Shown here in pieces: positions 18,401-26,519 of a stretch of DNA of 64,000 bases. Origin of the DNA: Candidatus Spongiisociaceae bacterium (GTDB taxonomy: Bacteria > Actinomycetota > Acidimicrobiia > Spongiisociales > Spongiisociaceae). The position numbers and the translations under genes are program-made. How positions within the stretch are numbered: position 1 is the first letter of the stretch; the number at the start of each line of letters is the position of its first letter. Where the stretch lies: NCBI GenBank assembly GCA_965219685.1, contig CBDCOH010000002.1, positions 3,840,001 to 3,904,000 on the forward strand, in the 5' to 3' direction. The notes under the pieces were generated by a model. The model saw nothing but the letters and a program-made list of their open reading frames with translations, searched no databases and had not been told where the DNA came from.

Positions 18401-19581
18401 AGCGCATAGAGGCGGAGCAGCTGTGCGAGGCGATGCGGCAATCTTTTGCGAAAGTACTGGATATGCCGGGATTCCTCGCCGCTGTGGCCGATGCTGACGG
18501 ACATGCCGGGCAGATCGTCGCTCGATCGGTAGGGTCCGAAGGTCTGCGCGAGGTGCTTCCGGCAGTCGAGCGCTTCCTTACCGACGACCCGGTAGAGATA
18601 ACAAGTGCCGACAGCGTACGTCAATCGTTGATGCGTCGCCGAGACACTCTTGGGGCCGGTTGGGACGCCGAAGCGCGCCGGCCCGATCCTGCCTTGCCCC
18701 TCCTCATCGAAGTGAACGGGCCTCTGGGGAGGGCGCCATTGTCGGACTCGGTGACGGTGGTCTCGCAGCAGCACCGGCAGCTGGCAAGCTTGCTGGACCG
18801 CAAGCAGAGCGATGCACTGCGCGGGCTCCTGCAAGGCCTCATCGCCCGGGAGATCGCCGAGAAGATCCATGGCGCGAGGCGCTTGGTGGAGCTGATGAAC
18901 AAACGGCTCGATCCCGTTACGACCGCGCACCGGGTGGGTGTCAGACTGCGTTGGCGCCGCTCTCCAGGGCTCGGGCATGCGACCGCGCGGATGGTCGACC
19001 TGTTCGCGAGACTGCCCGATCTGCGGACCGAGGAGCAGGAGCTCGAACTGCGCCGAGCGCTGTCTGATCTTCTCGACGATGCACGGGCGTTACACCCTGA
19101 CCTCCCGTACCGGCAGCTCATAGCCGACACCCTCGACTACAAGAAATGGCACGAGATGTCGGTCATGGTTCGACGGTCGGGCGCCAGGGAGACCAAGCTC
19201 GGTCGCAGGACACCGCTGTCCGAAGGAGAGAAGAAGCTCGTCACCTACCTTCCTCTCTTCGCCGCCGTGGCTGCGTCGTACGATGCTCTGGCAGAACAGA
19301 ACCGCGTACCCGAGCATGCGCCCGCGGGTATCGCCCGGTTCGTCCTGCTGGACGACGCCTTCGCCAAGGTGTCCGCGGACAACCACGCCGCTCTGTTCGG
19401 GTTGCTGGTCGATCTCGATCTCGACTTCGTGGCAACCAGCGAGCGACTCTGGGGTACACACCGGACGGTGCCCGAGCTGGCGATCACCGAGGTCGTTCGC
19501 GATGCCGGACTCAGTGTGATCCTGCTGGAGCACTACCGGTGGCATGGCGTCGCGGAACTCGAACGGTGTGGGGCGTCATGA
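15469..19581 (+). CDS. jetC: SMC-like ATPase, Wadjet type II JetC (TIGR02680-like)
   Basis: RWRLHRAGIVN, Walker A GVNGSGKST, long coiled coils with central hinge, LSEGEK signature and LLDDAF Walker B. Confidence 0.85.
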   Translation: MNIESPGRGPSSVDAEHERWRLHRAGIVNVYQYENEVLQFGGGRLLLRGVNGSGKSTAMNMLLPFLLTTRQARIDAAGEQRGILKSWMLSGRDDAQPVGYLWIEFERADRYLVCGCGIKANRRSDTVKTWWFVTSKRPGIDFRLVEGGGVPLSATRLRAALDPDEVFGERRRRDYRRTIEERLFDGASISQHMRLIDRVRTPRVGDRIDLDLPAYLVDALPQLSEQALAEAASPLDDLEEHRRNVAELQRTSEAIGGLLDVYRSYCLSELRKYAATGRDRLDNLHACVRREKARRKAAEVAASEVGRLDDAIGGLEEDTQRLRSEIAALEESRVYRSGQKLDALRDLVANLTGQHERSLGRVAGCRARVETETEQLAQAQKRSEFDLDRLNDELATASELSERSKLVWRPAGPVAVPTVELESIEATQPAGELRTTDTDRGIAAADGAILQRRTDIDDVERARTCFDAAEQALQRTESERKAMEVAARRAAERLQERTRRLVTLRQEWVADTLVWASQVRPLMEKSGVLAPAVAAASAGRDSEEQTFADDHDAVRDRLLREVGHLSEHWRNAVAEMDRRLSEERAAVEEAEAVVAELEERTGLDAPLLGWQNTVDHCLADLLDFKPHIADKERAGIEAALESSGVLSARLVDGATAELASGELVAVVTGGVPSPLSDYLNVAIPDRLIGEVDEGMVAKLLESISSDARSDAATVIATDGSFRVGSLRGRHSKERAEFIGAAARLAALDRARSEAAELLLQARAVVTDSEVRRAEHRSALDEVESHRAALPSTGEQVKAYAEVEAASGASAIAEAEREVAAERVAEAERAAAGAWDALRRVATTLSLPTDRSDLDAVREGLRDLRSVLDRCRSLLEVLKRSVEHWRSTVERTRAVTDELRSERDIVVAIEAELGRERARLATIEKSIGVEYAVVVSERDRHKGDLEEAETRLPETRRERDRAVGLRAESQAAATGATKERIEAEQLCEAMRQSFAKVLDMPGFLAAVADADGHAGQIVARSVGSEGLREVLPAVERFLTDDPVEITSADSVRQSLMRRRDTLGAGWDAEARRPDPALPLLIEVNGPLGRAPLSDSVTVVSQQHRQLASLLDRKQSDALRGLLQGLIAREIAEKIHGARRLVELMNKRLDPVTTAHRVGVRLRWRRSPGLGHATARMVDLFARLPDLRTEEQELELRRALSDLLDDARALHPDLPYRQLIADTLDYKKWHEMSVMVRRSGARETKLGRRTPLSEGEKKLVTYLPLFAAVAASYDALAEQNRVPEHAPAGIARFVLLDDAFAKVSADNHAALFGLLVDLDLDFVATSERLWGTHRTVPELAITEVVRDAGLSVILLEHYRWHGVAELERCGAS

Positions 19582-21131
19582 CGACGGACCAGAAGGTGTC
19601 CGGCAGCGATTCGGCCCGGGCCCGGCAGCTGTTCCGGTATCTGGGCGGTGAGGAGTGGCACGAGTACCGGACGATCCTGCGGGTGTTCGCGGGCACGTTC
19701 TTCGCCGAGTTCACGCCGGAAGAGGTGTCTACCGAGGCCATCGTCGCCGACGCCGGGATCGACCCCGCCGTGGTTCCGGATCGGTTGGAGAGCCTCCGGC
19801 GATGGGGGAACCTCACCGTGTCGTCCTCGGTCGGCAACCCTTCCAGTCTCGACGACTACTACCGCAGACGTAACCGCTACCTGATCACCCGGGCCGGACA
19901 AGAGGTGTACGACTTGGCCGAACGCGTATTGACCGGAATCGACGAGATCGCCGACGTGCAGGCGGGCCGCCTTCGTGACCTACACCGCGCCCTGACCGAT
20001 CTTGGGGACTACGGCGACGTTGGATTCGACCATCTGGACGCCGAGCTTCTCACCGACCGGGTTCGAGCCGTGTTCGATCTCCACGAACGATTCACCACCG
20101 AGCTGACCCAGTTCTTCGCCGAACTCAACCTGTGGCAGAGCCGCTACGACCTGAATGCCGACGAGGTTCAGCTCTTCGCGGGCGTCCTGGTCACCTACGT
20201 TTCCGAGCAGCTCCGGGAAGTAGAACGCATGGCACGTCCTATCTCAACGAGCCTTGAGCGGATACTTCCCCGACTGGCGGTGCTGACACCGGCTCTCCGG
20301 TCCGGCCTGGCCGGCCGGGTCGACGGTGCCGGCCTCGCGGGGAAGGTGAGTGTCCGCAGGTTGCCCGGGACGAGCGCCGGCGACTGGGAGTATCTGGCGG
20401 CGTGGTTCGTGGCGGTCCCGGGACGCAGATCACGCTTGGATCAACTCACTCGGCAGGCAGTGGCCGCGGTACGCACCCTTACCGCCAACGTCACGAGGCT
20501 GTCGCGCGTAGGGCTCGGCGCGGTGTCGAGGCGCTCCGATTTCGTCCGTCTCGCCGGGTTCTTCGATCAGGCCGCTTCCATCGGTGAGGCGCACGAGATC
20601 GCCGCCGCGGCCTTCGGACTCGGATCGTGCCGCCGTCTCGGGATGCGGTCGGCCGACGTCGACGACCCCGTTCCCACCGGGACCCCATGGCGGGATGCGC
20701 CCCGGGCACTGGTCCCTGTGCAACTCCGGACCCGCGGGGACACTGCGCAGCGGGGTGTGGCGACACCGATTCGCGACCGGCGGGAAGAACGCGATCTGCT
20801 CCGCCGGCGTCGCGAGCGGGAACGTGCCGAACGCGACGCAGCCGCCCGCGAGCTGCTGTCATGCGCCGCCGAAGACGGCTCGTTGAACGGTGCGTCAATG
20901 TCGGTCGCCTCCTTCTCGATGCTGCGCGATCTCATCAGCCGATCGCGATTCGCTACGGCTATCGGGATCGACCTCCGGAGCGCAACTCACGCGGGGGTTC
21001 GCTGCGAGGTTCGTTCGGTCGACGGTGCGGAAACGGCTGTCGACTGTCCGGAGGGCCGGTTAGTGATGATCGACCTCGTCGTCACGGTCGTGGCCGCCGA
21101 ACAGCCCGATACTTCCGGTGCAGCAGCATGA
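19578..21131 (+). CDS. jetA: Wadjet type II JetA (DUF2397/TIGR02677-like kleisin)
   Basis: LFRYL..YRTILRVF..LRRWGNL..YLITRAG and SRRSDFVRLAGFF..AAFGL patterns; ATGA-coupled to jetC. Confidence 0.8.
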   Translation: MTTDQKVSGSDSARARQLFRYLGGEEWHEYRTILRVFAGTFFAEFTPEEVSTEAIVADAGIDPAVVPDRLESLRRWGNLTVSSSVGNPSSLDDYYRRRNRYLITRAGQEVYDLAERVLTGIDEIADVQAGRLRDLHRALTDLGDYGDVGFDHLDAELLTDRVRAVFDLHERFTTELTQFFAELNLWQSRYDLNADEVQLFAGVLVTYVSEQLREVERMARPISTSLERILPRLAVLTPALRSGLAGRVDGAGLAGKVSVRRLPGTSAGDWEYLAAWFVAVPGRRSRLDQLTRQAVAAVRTLTANVTRLSRVGLGAVSRRSDFVRLAGFFDQAASIGEAHEIAAAAFGLGSCRRLGMRSADVDDPVPTGTPWRDAPRALVPVQLRTRGDTAQRGVATPIRDRREERDLLRRRRERERAERDAAARELLSCAAEDGSLNGASMSVASFSMLRDLISRSRFATAIGIDLRSATHAGVRCEVRSVDGAETAVDCPEGRLVMIDLVVTVVAAEQPDTSGAAA

Positions 21132-22249
21132 CTGCCGATCTGGAAGCCTGCGAGGCAGCGCGTCACCTCGTCGCGTATCCGCTGGTACTCGCCGAACGTC
21201 ATCCCGAGGCTTTCCGTCTCATCAGGCGGTACGAGCACACGCTGGACCGATGGTTCACCCAACGGTTCGGATACCGCCTGCAGGTCACGGCCGACACCGC
21301 CCGCCTGTTCAAGTCCGGGATCGTGGCCGGCCGGCGTCCCCTCCCGACGGCAACCGGCCAGAGCCGGCCGTTCTCGCAACGGGAATACACGATGCTGGCT
21401 CTCACGCTGGCCGCGGTCGCGGCGGGACCGGACGTGATCAGCCTCCGGGACCTCGTCCACGAGATCCGGTCGATGGCGACTGACGCGGGCGTCACCTTGA
21501 CCGGGGAAGCTGCAGATCGCCGCGCTCTGATAACCGCCCTGCGCTGGATGATCCGCAACGGTGTGGCGACCGAGTTGCACGACCGCATCGACCGCTATAT
21601 CACCGACCATTCGGCCGACGCGGTGCTCGAGGTCCGTCCTGACCGGGTGGCGCTCCTGCCGCTTCCGGTGCTGGCGCGATCGCGGACAGTGCAGGAACTG
21701 GCTGACCGGTCCGAGCGCAGACGGATGTCGAGGCAGTGGATGCGGTCGATACTCCTGGAAGAGCCGGTCCTCTACCGCACCGACCTGACCGGCGACGAGT
21801 GGTCGGAACTCAGACGTAGGCTCGGCGAGGAGTCGACGATCTTCGACAGCATGTTCGGACTGGAACTCGAGGCGCGCGCCGAGGGTGTCATCGTGGTCGA
21901 TCCGGACGGCGGGCTGACGGACAGCCGCTTCCCGCGCGGCGGCACGGTGGGCCATGCCGCTCTCCTGCTCATCGACGTTCTTGTCAAGACGGACCGGACA
22001 TCCTTCGATCGGAGCGAGGTTGTAGATGCAGTCTCGACCCTGGCGAATATGCACCGCCGGTTCTGGTCGCAACTGGCCGACCGTCCGGATCGCCTCACCG
22101 CTGCGGTGCTGGACCTACTCCAGGACCACCGCCTCGCCGAGGTAACCGGCGACTCCGTCCGGCTCCTTCCCGCCGGCTGGCGATACTCCGTCGAGATCGT
22201 GCACCCGGAGGACGGAGACACCAGTATCCGGCAGATGGCGTTGGTGTGA
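21128..22249 (+). CDS. jetB: Wadjet type II JetB (DUF2398/TIGR02678-like)
   Basis: AARHLVAYPL..WF..GYRL..ARLFK, LLEEPVLY..L, EARAEG, FPRGGTVGHAALLL; ATGA-coupled. Confidence 0.8.
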   Translation: MTADLEACEAARHLVAYPLVLAERHPEAFRLIRRYEHTLDRWFTQRFGYRLQVTADTARLFKSGIVAGRRPLPTATGQSRPFSQREYTMLALTLAAVAAGPDVISLRDLVHEIRSMATDAGVTLTGEAADRRALITALRWMIRNGVATELHDRIDRYITDHSADAVLEVRPDRVALLPLPVLARSRTVQELADRSERRRMSRQWMRSILLEEPVLYRTDLTGDEWSELRRRLGEESTIFDSMFGLELEARAEGVIVVDPDGGLTDSRFPRGGTVGHAALLLIDVLVKTDRTSFDRSEVVDAVSTLANMHRRFWSQLADRPDRLTAAVLDLLQDHRLAEVTGDSVRLLPAGWRYSVEIVHPEDGDTSIRQMALV

Positions 22250-23481
22250 CGGAGCGCCCGGTTCCCGACTCGCTCCTGGAGACGGGCCTGGCGCCGGTGT
22301 GGGAGGCGGCGCGCAGGTATCTCGACCGCTTCGGGACCCGGCGGCGCGGCACGGTCGCCCGACCTCTTCTGGACCCCGACAGCACCCTCACGCTGCAATC
22401 TCTGCTCGGGCGAAAGCCGACCACCCGTCTCGATCTTGCCGAACTCGAGAGGACGCTCGCAGGCCTCAGGATCAGCGAAGACCTATCCGGCGCGCTGACC
22501 AGACTGGGCTACCCACCATCTGAAAGGGCAGCGATGCGGCGCGCCGAACGGGAGCGTTCCCGCGCGTCCCGCGTCGAGTTGGACAGCGCTATCTCCTCGT
22601 GGGAAGAGCCATGGGCGCGTCGATGGGCCGAGGAAGTGGCTAGCTCAGGACTGCTGGGCCGCCTCGACGGCGCGGCTGTCAAGGGCCTGGTGACGGATGT
22701 ACGGCGCCTCCTCGATCATCTTGATCACAAGAAGCCTTCAACTGTCAGCCGCACCGAGCTAGCTGCCTCGCTCTACGGATCCGCCCATGCACTTGATGAA
22801 GGAACGAAGCTAGCGGGGGCCTTAACTCAAGCGTTGCGCTACCTGGGGCAAGGGTTCCAACTCGAAAGACGTGCACTCTGGGAGGCGGCCGGAATTCTGG
22901 CGAACCGCGTTTCCGCGCCCGCACTCACCTGGTCCTTACCGGTACTGGGGGAATCGGCGCTCGACGAGCAAATCCGGTCGGCTTCAGCGGGAGGGCTCCC
23001 CCTCCACATAAGCCTGCTGGCTCTACAGAAGTACCCTGTCACTGTCCCTCGCGACTATCCGGTCCTCGTTGTCGAGAACCCGCGACTCGTCGAGGCCGCG
23101 TCCGAACGGCGGCTGCCGAACTGTGTCATCACGTCGAATGGGAATCCCTCCACCGCGGTTACGACACTGCTACAACAGTTGCGCGACTCGGGGGCCTCGA
23201 TCTGGTACCACGGCGACTTCGATGCTGCCGGTATCGGGATCTGCCGCCGGATGTACGACGACGGCGCTACACCGTGGATGATGGACGCGTCGGACTACGA
23301 AGCTGCTTTGGAACGGGCCGAGCGGGCAGGCATACGACTCGATCACGACTCCAACGACTGCGGCGACACCCCATGGGATCCCGATCTACAAGCCGCCTTC
23401 AGGCGGCGAGGCCAACGCATCATCCACGAGGAGTTCGTCCTCGAAAGTGTTCTCGGCAGGTTCAGCGAGGAGTCGCGGTAG
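22246..23481 (+). CDS. jetD: Wadjet type II JetD TOPRIM nuclease (DUF2399/TIGR02679-like)
   Basis: AHALD, WEAAGI, VVENP, GNPS and YHGDFDAAG (TOPRIM E and DxD), C-terminal HEE; GTGA-coupled. Confidence 0.85.
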   Translation: MTERPVPDSLLETGLAPVWEAARRYLDRFGTRRRGTVARPLLDPDSTLTLQSLLGRKPTTRLDLAELERTLAGLRISEDLSGALTRLGYPPSERAAMRRAERERSRASRVELDSAISSWEEPWARRWAEEVASSGLLGRLDGAAVKGLVTDVRRLLDHLDHKKPSTVSRTELAASLYGSAHALDEGTKLAGALTQALRYLGQGFQLERRALWEAAGILANRVSAPALTWSLPVLGESALDEQIRSASAGGLPLHISLLALQKYPVTVPRDYPVLVVENPRLVEAASERRLPNCVITSNGNPSTAVTTLLQQLRDSGASIWYHGDFDAAGIGICRRMYDDGATPWMMDASDYEAALERAERAGIRLDHDSNDCGDTPWDPDLQAAFRRRGQRIIHEEFVLESVLGRFSEESR

Positions 23482-23491
23482 CCGTTGTCCC

Positions 23492-24514
23492 TCAAAGGGG
23501 ATGGGTCGATGCCCGCAGGACGAGGGTTGTAGGCAGCACTATGCGACGGGGGAGCTTCTCCGGATCCTCGAGGCGTTCCAGCGCGAGGAGGGCGGCCGAA
23601 CGACCGATCTGCGCCACGTCCCGGTCGATCACCGTCAAGGGCGGGTTGTGGAGCTCCGACAGCGGTACATCGTCACAGGAGACGAGCGCGATATCGCGTC
23701 CGGGTGTGAACCCCAGCCGCTGCAAGCTGCGCAGGACTCCGGTCAGGAGTTGATTGCCTCCGACGATCAGAGCGGTTGGAGGTGACGGTCCGCTGAATAT
23801 CGCGGTCGTGGAGCGTTCCCCGAATTCGGGGGCGAAACCGATCGGCCGGACCAGATCCTCGGGGTACGGAAGGCCGGACTCCTGAAACGCCTCGCGAAAG
23901 GCCTTCACCCGTCGCTCGGAGGGCCTGACCTGCAAAGGTCCCGTCAGTAGCGCCACCCGTTCGTGACCGAGCGACAGAAGATGTCTGGTTGCCTGGCCCA
24001 TCCCGCTGCCGTGGTCGGTCTCGACGATGGAAGCGCGTTCCAGTCCGTCCACCTCCCGGTCCAGCAGGACGATCGGTCCGCGAAACCTGCGCAGCTCCTC
24101 GATGAGGTCCTCGCGTGTCTGATCGGCGAGCGAGACGATCATGGCGTCGACCTGGCGGTGTCTCAGCAGGCGGGCCATTTCGGCGTCCCGTTCGGCGTCG
24201 CTGCTCGACGTTGTGATCACCGCCGCGTAGCCCTGCCGGCTTAACTCGTCCTGGGCGGCCGTGACTATGGAACCGAACAGCGGGTTGCGCAGGTCCGGAA
24301 CGATGAATCCGACCGTGCGGCTGGTGCCTCTGCGGAGGCTGGCCGCCAGCAGGTTGCGCTCGTAGCCGAGCTCCGCGATCGCCTCGAGTACCCGGGACCG
24401 CATGCTCTCGCTCACGTCCGGGTGATCGTTCAGCACGCGGGACACCGACGAGAGAGCCACCCCTGCCCGCCGGGCGACTTCCTTGATCGTGGGCCGCGAT
24501 CCGGACGGAGTCAT
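23492..24514 (-). CDS. LacI family transcriptional regulator
   Basis: TIKEVARRAGVALSSVSRVLN HTH, hinge AASL, sugar-binding domain. Confidence 0.95.
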   Translation of the reverse strand: MTPSGSRPTIKEVARRAGVALSSVSRVLNDHPDVSESMRSRVLEAIAELGYERNLLAASLRRGTSRTVGFIVPDLRNPLFGSIVTAAQDELSRQGYAAVITTSSSDAERDAEMARLLRHRQVDAMIVSLADQTREDLIEELRRFRGPIVLLDREVDGLERASIVETDHGSGMGQATRHLLSLGHERVALLTGPLQVRPSERRVKAFREAFQESGLPYPEDLVRPIGFAPEFGERSTTAIFSGPSPPTALIVGGNQLLTGVLRSLQRLGFTPGRDIALVSCDDVPLSELHNPPLTVIDRDVAQIGRSAALLALERLEDPEKLPRRIVLPTTLVLRASTHPL

Positions 24515-24647
24515 AGGAGTCCCTTCGCAACCGGATCGTTAGTGAACGGACGAGAAACCATGGCGAGACAAAGCCACACGGACATATGTTCCGACATTCT
24601 ACGATACGGGCGGGCGACGCCTCAGGCTGTCGATCCGAACCTGCGCA

Positions 24648-24689
24648 CAGTCACCAGTCACCAGTCACCAGTCACCAGCCACCAATCAC
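24648..24689. repeat. Heptamer tandem array (CAGTCAC variant)
   Basis: (CAGTCAC)4 CAGCCAC CAATCAC abutting the SDR stop codon. Confidence 0.85.
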
Positions 24690-25381
24690 GTCATCACCCA
24701 TCCGCCGTTTACATCGATGGTGGCTCCGGTGATGAAGGAGGCCCCGTCGCCGGCCAGAAAAGCAACCACGCCGGCGATCTCCTCGGGTTGGGAGGCTCTG
24801 CCCAGCGGGATCTGGCTGTTGTACAGGGCTTTCAGGTCGTCAGGGACGTGGCTGGTCATGAAGCTGTCCACGAACCCCGGCGCCACCGCATTGGCCGTCA
24901 CGCCGTACGGTCCGTAGTTGCGGGCGAAGTTCTTGGTAAGGGAGATCATCGCCGCCTTGGTGGCGTTGTACACAGCCGAGTCCGACACCCCTCCCGTCCG
25001 GGCGCCGACGCTGGAGATGTTGATGATCCGTCCCCAGCCGCGATCCTTCATTCCTTCCACCAGGCCTCGGCAGACGAGGAAGTTGGCCCGGAGGTTCACC
25101 GCGATCGTGTAGTCGAACTCGTCGATGGTGAACTCGGGGATCGGCTTGTGGAAGAAGATGGCGGCGTTGTTGACCAGCACATCCACCTCTCCGGCCTCGG
25201 CGACGAGGCGCTCGCACTCCGCCGGATCGGACAGGTCGATCTCGATGTAGAGATCCGAGTGGTCGTGTTCGTGCTCGATGATGTCGGCGCCGACCACCGC
25301 CAATCCGTCCTTCTTGAGCGCCCGGCAGATGGCCGCGCCTATCCCGCGTGCCGACCCCGTGACCAGAGCCGTCCTCCTCAT
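24686..25381 (-). CDS. SDR family oxidoreductase
   Basis: VTGSARGIG, NNAA, YNATK. Confidence 0.92.
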   Translation of the reverse strand: MRRTALVTGSARGIGAAICRALKKDGLAVVGADIIEHEHDHSDLYIEIDLSDPAECERLVAEAGEVDVLVNNAAIFFHKPIPEFTIDEFDYTIAVNLRANFLVCRGLVEGMKDRGWGRIINISSVGARTGGVSDSAVYNATKAAMISLTKNFARNYGPYGVTANAVAPGFVDSFMTSHVPDDLKALYNSQIPLGRASQPEEIAGVVAFLAGDGASFITGATIDVNGGWVMT

Positions 25382-25388
25382 CGCGCCA

Positions 25389-25458
25389 TCACCATTCACC
25401 ACTCACCATTCACCACTCACCACTCACCACTCACCACTCACCACTCACCACTCACCAC
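25389..25458. repeat. Heptamer tandem array (TCACCAC/TCACCAT x10)
   Basis: Reverse complement of the TGGTGAG/TGGTGAA unit; fills the amidohydrolase-SDR intergenic space. Confidence 0.9.
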
Positions 25459-25461
25459 TCA

Positions 25462-26346
25462 CTAAATACGATACGCCCTCGACGCGTTGCCGGAGAACAG
25501 GGCGGTCTGCTCGGACTCGCTGTAGCCCGAGACCAGTTCTCGGTAGGCGTCGATCAGTTCCTCGTAGGTCGAGTAGTCCTTGTCCACCGGCCAGTTGGTG
25601 CCGAAGAAGCTCTGCTCGACCCCGAACACCTCGAGGCACGACTCCACCCACGGCCGGATGGTGTCCATGGTCCAGCGCCGTCCGGCCATGTGGTCTCCCA
25701 TGCCCAGGCCGGAGATCTTCATGTAGACGTTGTCCATGCCCCTGAACTCGGCGATGCCCTTCTGCCAGTTGTAGAAGTACTCGGCGGTTCTGGCCTGGGG
25801 GAATCCGGCGTGGTCGACCACCAGGATGATGTTGGGAAACTTGGCCGCCATGGCCGCGGCCTTGTGCATGCTCTCCCAGAAGACGTCGAGGTCGTAGACG
25901 AGGTCGTACTTCTCGAGCAGGGCGTAGCCCCGGTGGAAGTCGGGATCGACGAGGTAGTCGCCCTGCGCGAAGTCGCGCAGGCCCCGGAAGTTGGCGTACT
26001 CGACATGGCGCTCGATGGTCGCCTCCACGTCGGGCTGCTGCATGCGGGCGTCGCCGACGATGGCCATCGTGTAGCCGGTGCGGTCGACCATCTCCTGGAG
26101 CCACTTGGTCTCCTCGACAGGGTCGGCGCTCCCGATCGCGGCCTGAACGTGCACCGCCTTCGATACCTCGCAGTTCTCGACCTCGGCCAGGAACTCGTCG
26201 ATGGCGTACTTCCTCATCGACTTGAGGAGGACCGTGTCGCCGAGTTGCGGGTGGATGAAGTCGTCCGCCAGCCACACCCAATCCAGGGTGGGATGGGGCC
26301 GGTCCCAGAAGTGGACATGGGTGTCTACGAAGCTGATATCACTCAC
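25462..26346 (-). CDS. Amidohydrolase_2 family protein (sugar lactonase-like)
   Basis: DTHVHFW, VDHAGFP, MKISGLG, FGTNWPVD; GTG start with GGAGG RBS. Confidence 0.88.
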   Translation of the reverse strand: MSDISFVDTHVHFWDRPHPTLDWVWLADDFIHPQLGDTVLLKSMRKYAIDEFLAEVENCEVSKAVHVQAAIGSADPVEETKWLQEMVDRTGYTMAIVGDARMQQPDVEATIERHVEYANFRGLRDFAQGDYLVDPDFHRGYALLEKYDLVYDLDVFWESMHKAAAMAAKFPNIILVVDHAGFPQARTAEYFYNWQKGIAEFRGMDNVYMKISGLGMGDHMAGRRWTMDTIRPWVESCLEVFGVEQSFFGTNWPVDKDYSTYEELIDAYRELVSGYSESEQTALFSGNASRAYRI

Positions 26347-26430
26347 CGGATCCTCCCTGTTGTTACCGGGTTCGGCGTCCGAGACTAGCCGGATCGCCTC
26401 CGTCCGTCCGGGAGAGGCGCATCCGCCAGG

Positions 26431-26454
26431 TGCTAGTCTGTCGAAACGATTCCA
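26431..26454 (+). promoter_or_regulatory. Extended -10 and LacI-type operator
   Basis: TGcTAGTCT followed by TCGAAACGATTCCA (GAAACG.TTC core) upstream of the ABC operon; LacI gene nearby. Confidence 0.55.
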
Positions 26455-26519
26455 ACAGACACACATTCGGTCATGCCGGATCACACCTGTGGAACCCCGG
26501 CAACAGGAGGAGGAGGACC

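Noticed and set aside
19146-19577. N-terminal extensions of jetA, jetB and the ABC ATPase in the ORF track
   Set aside because: They overlap upstream genes; ATGA-coupled starts at 19578, 21128 and 29692 are better supported.
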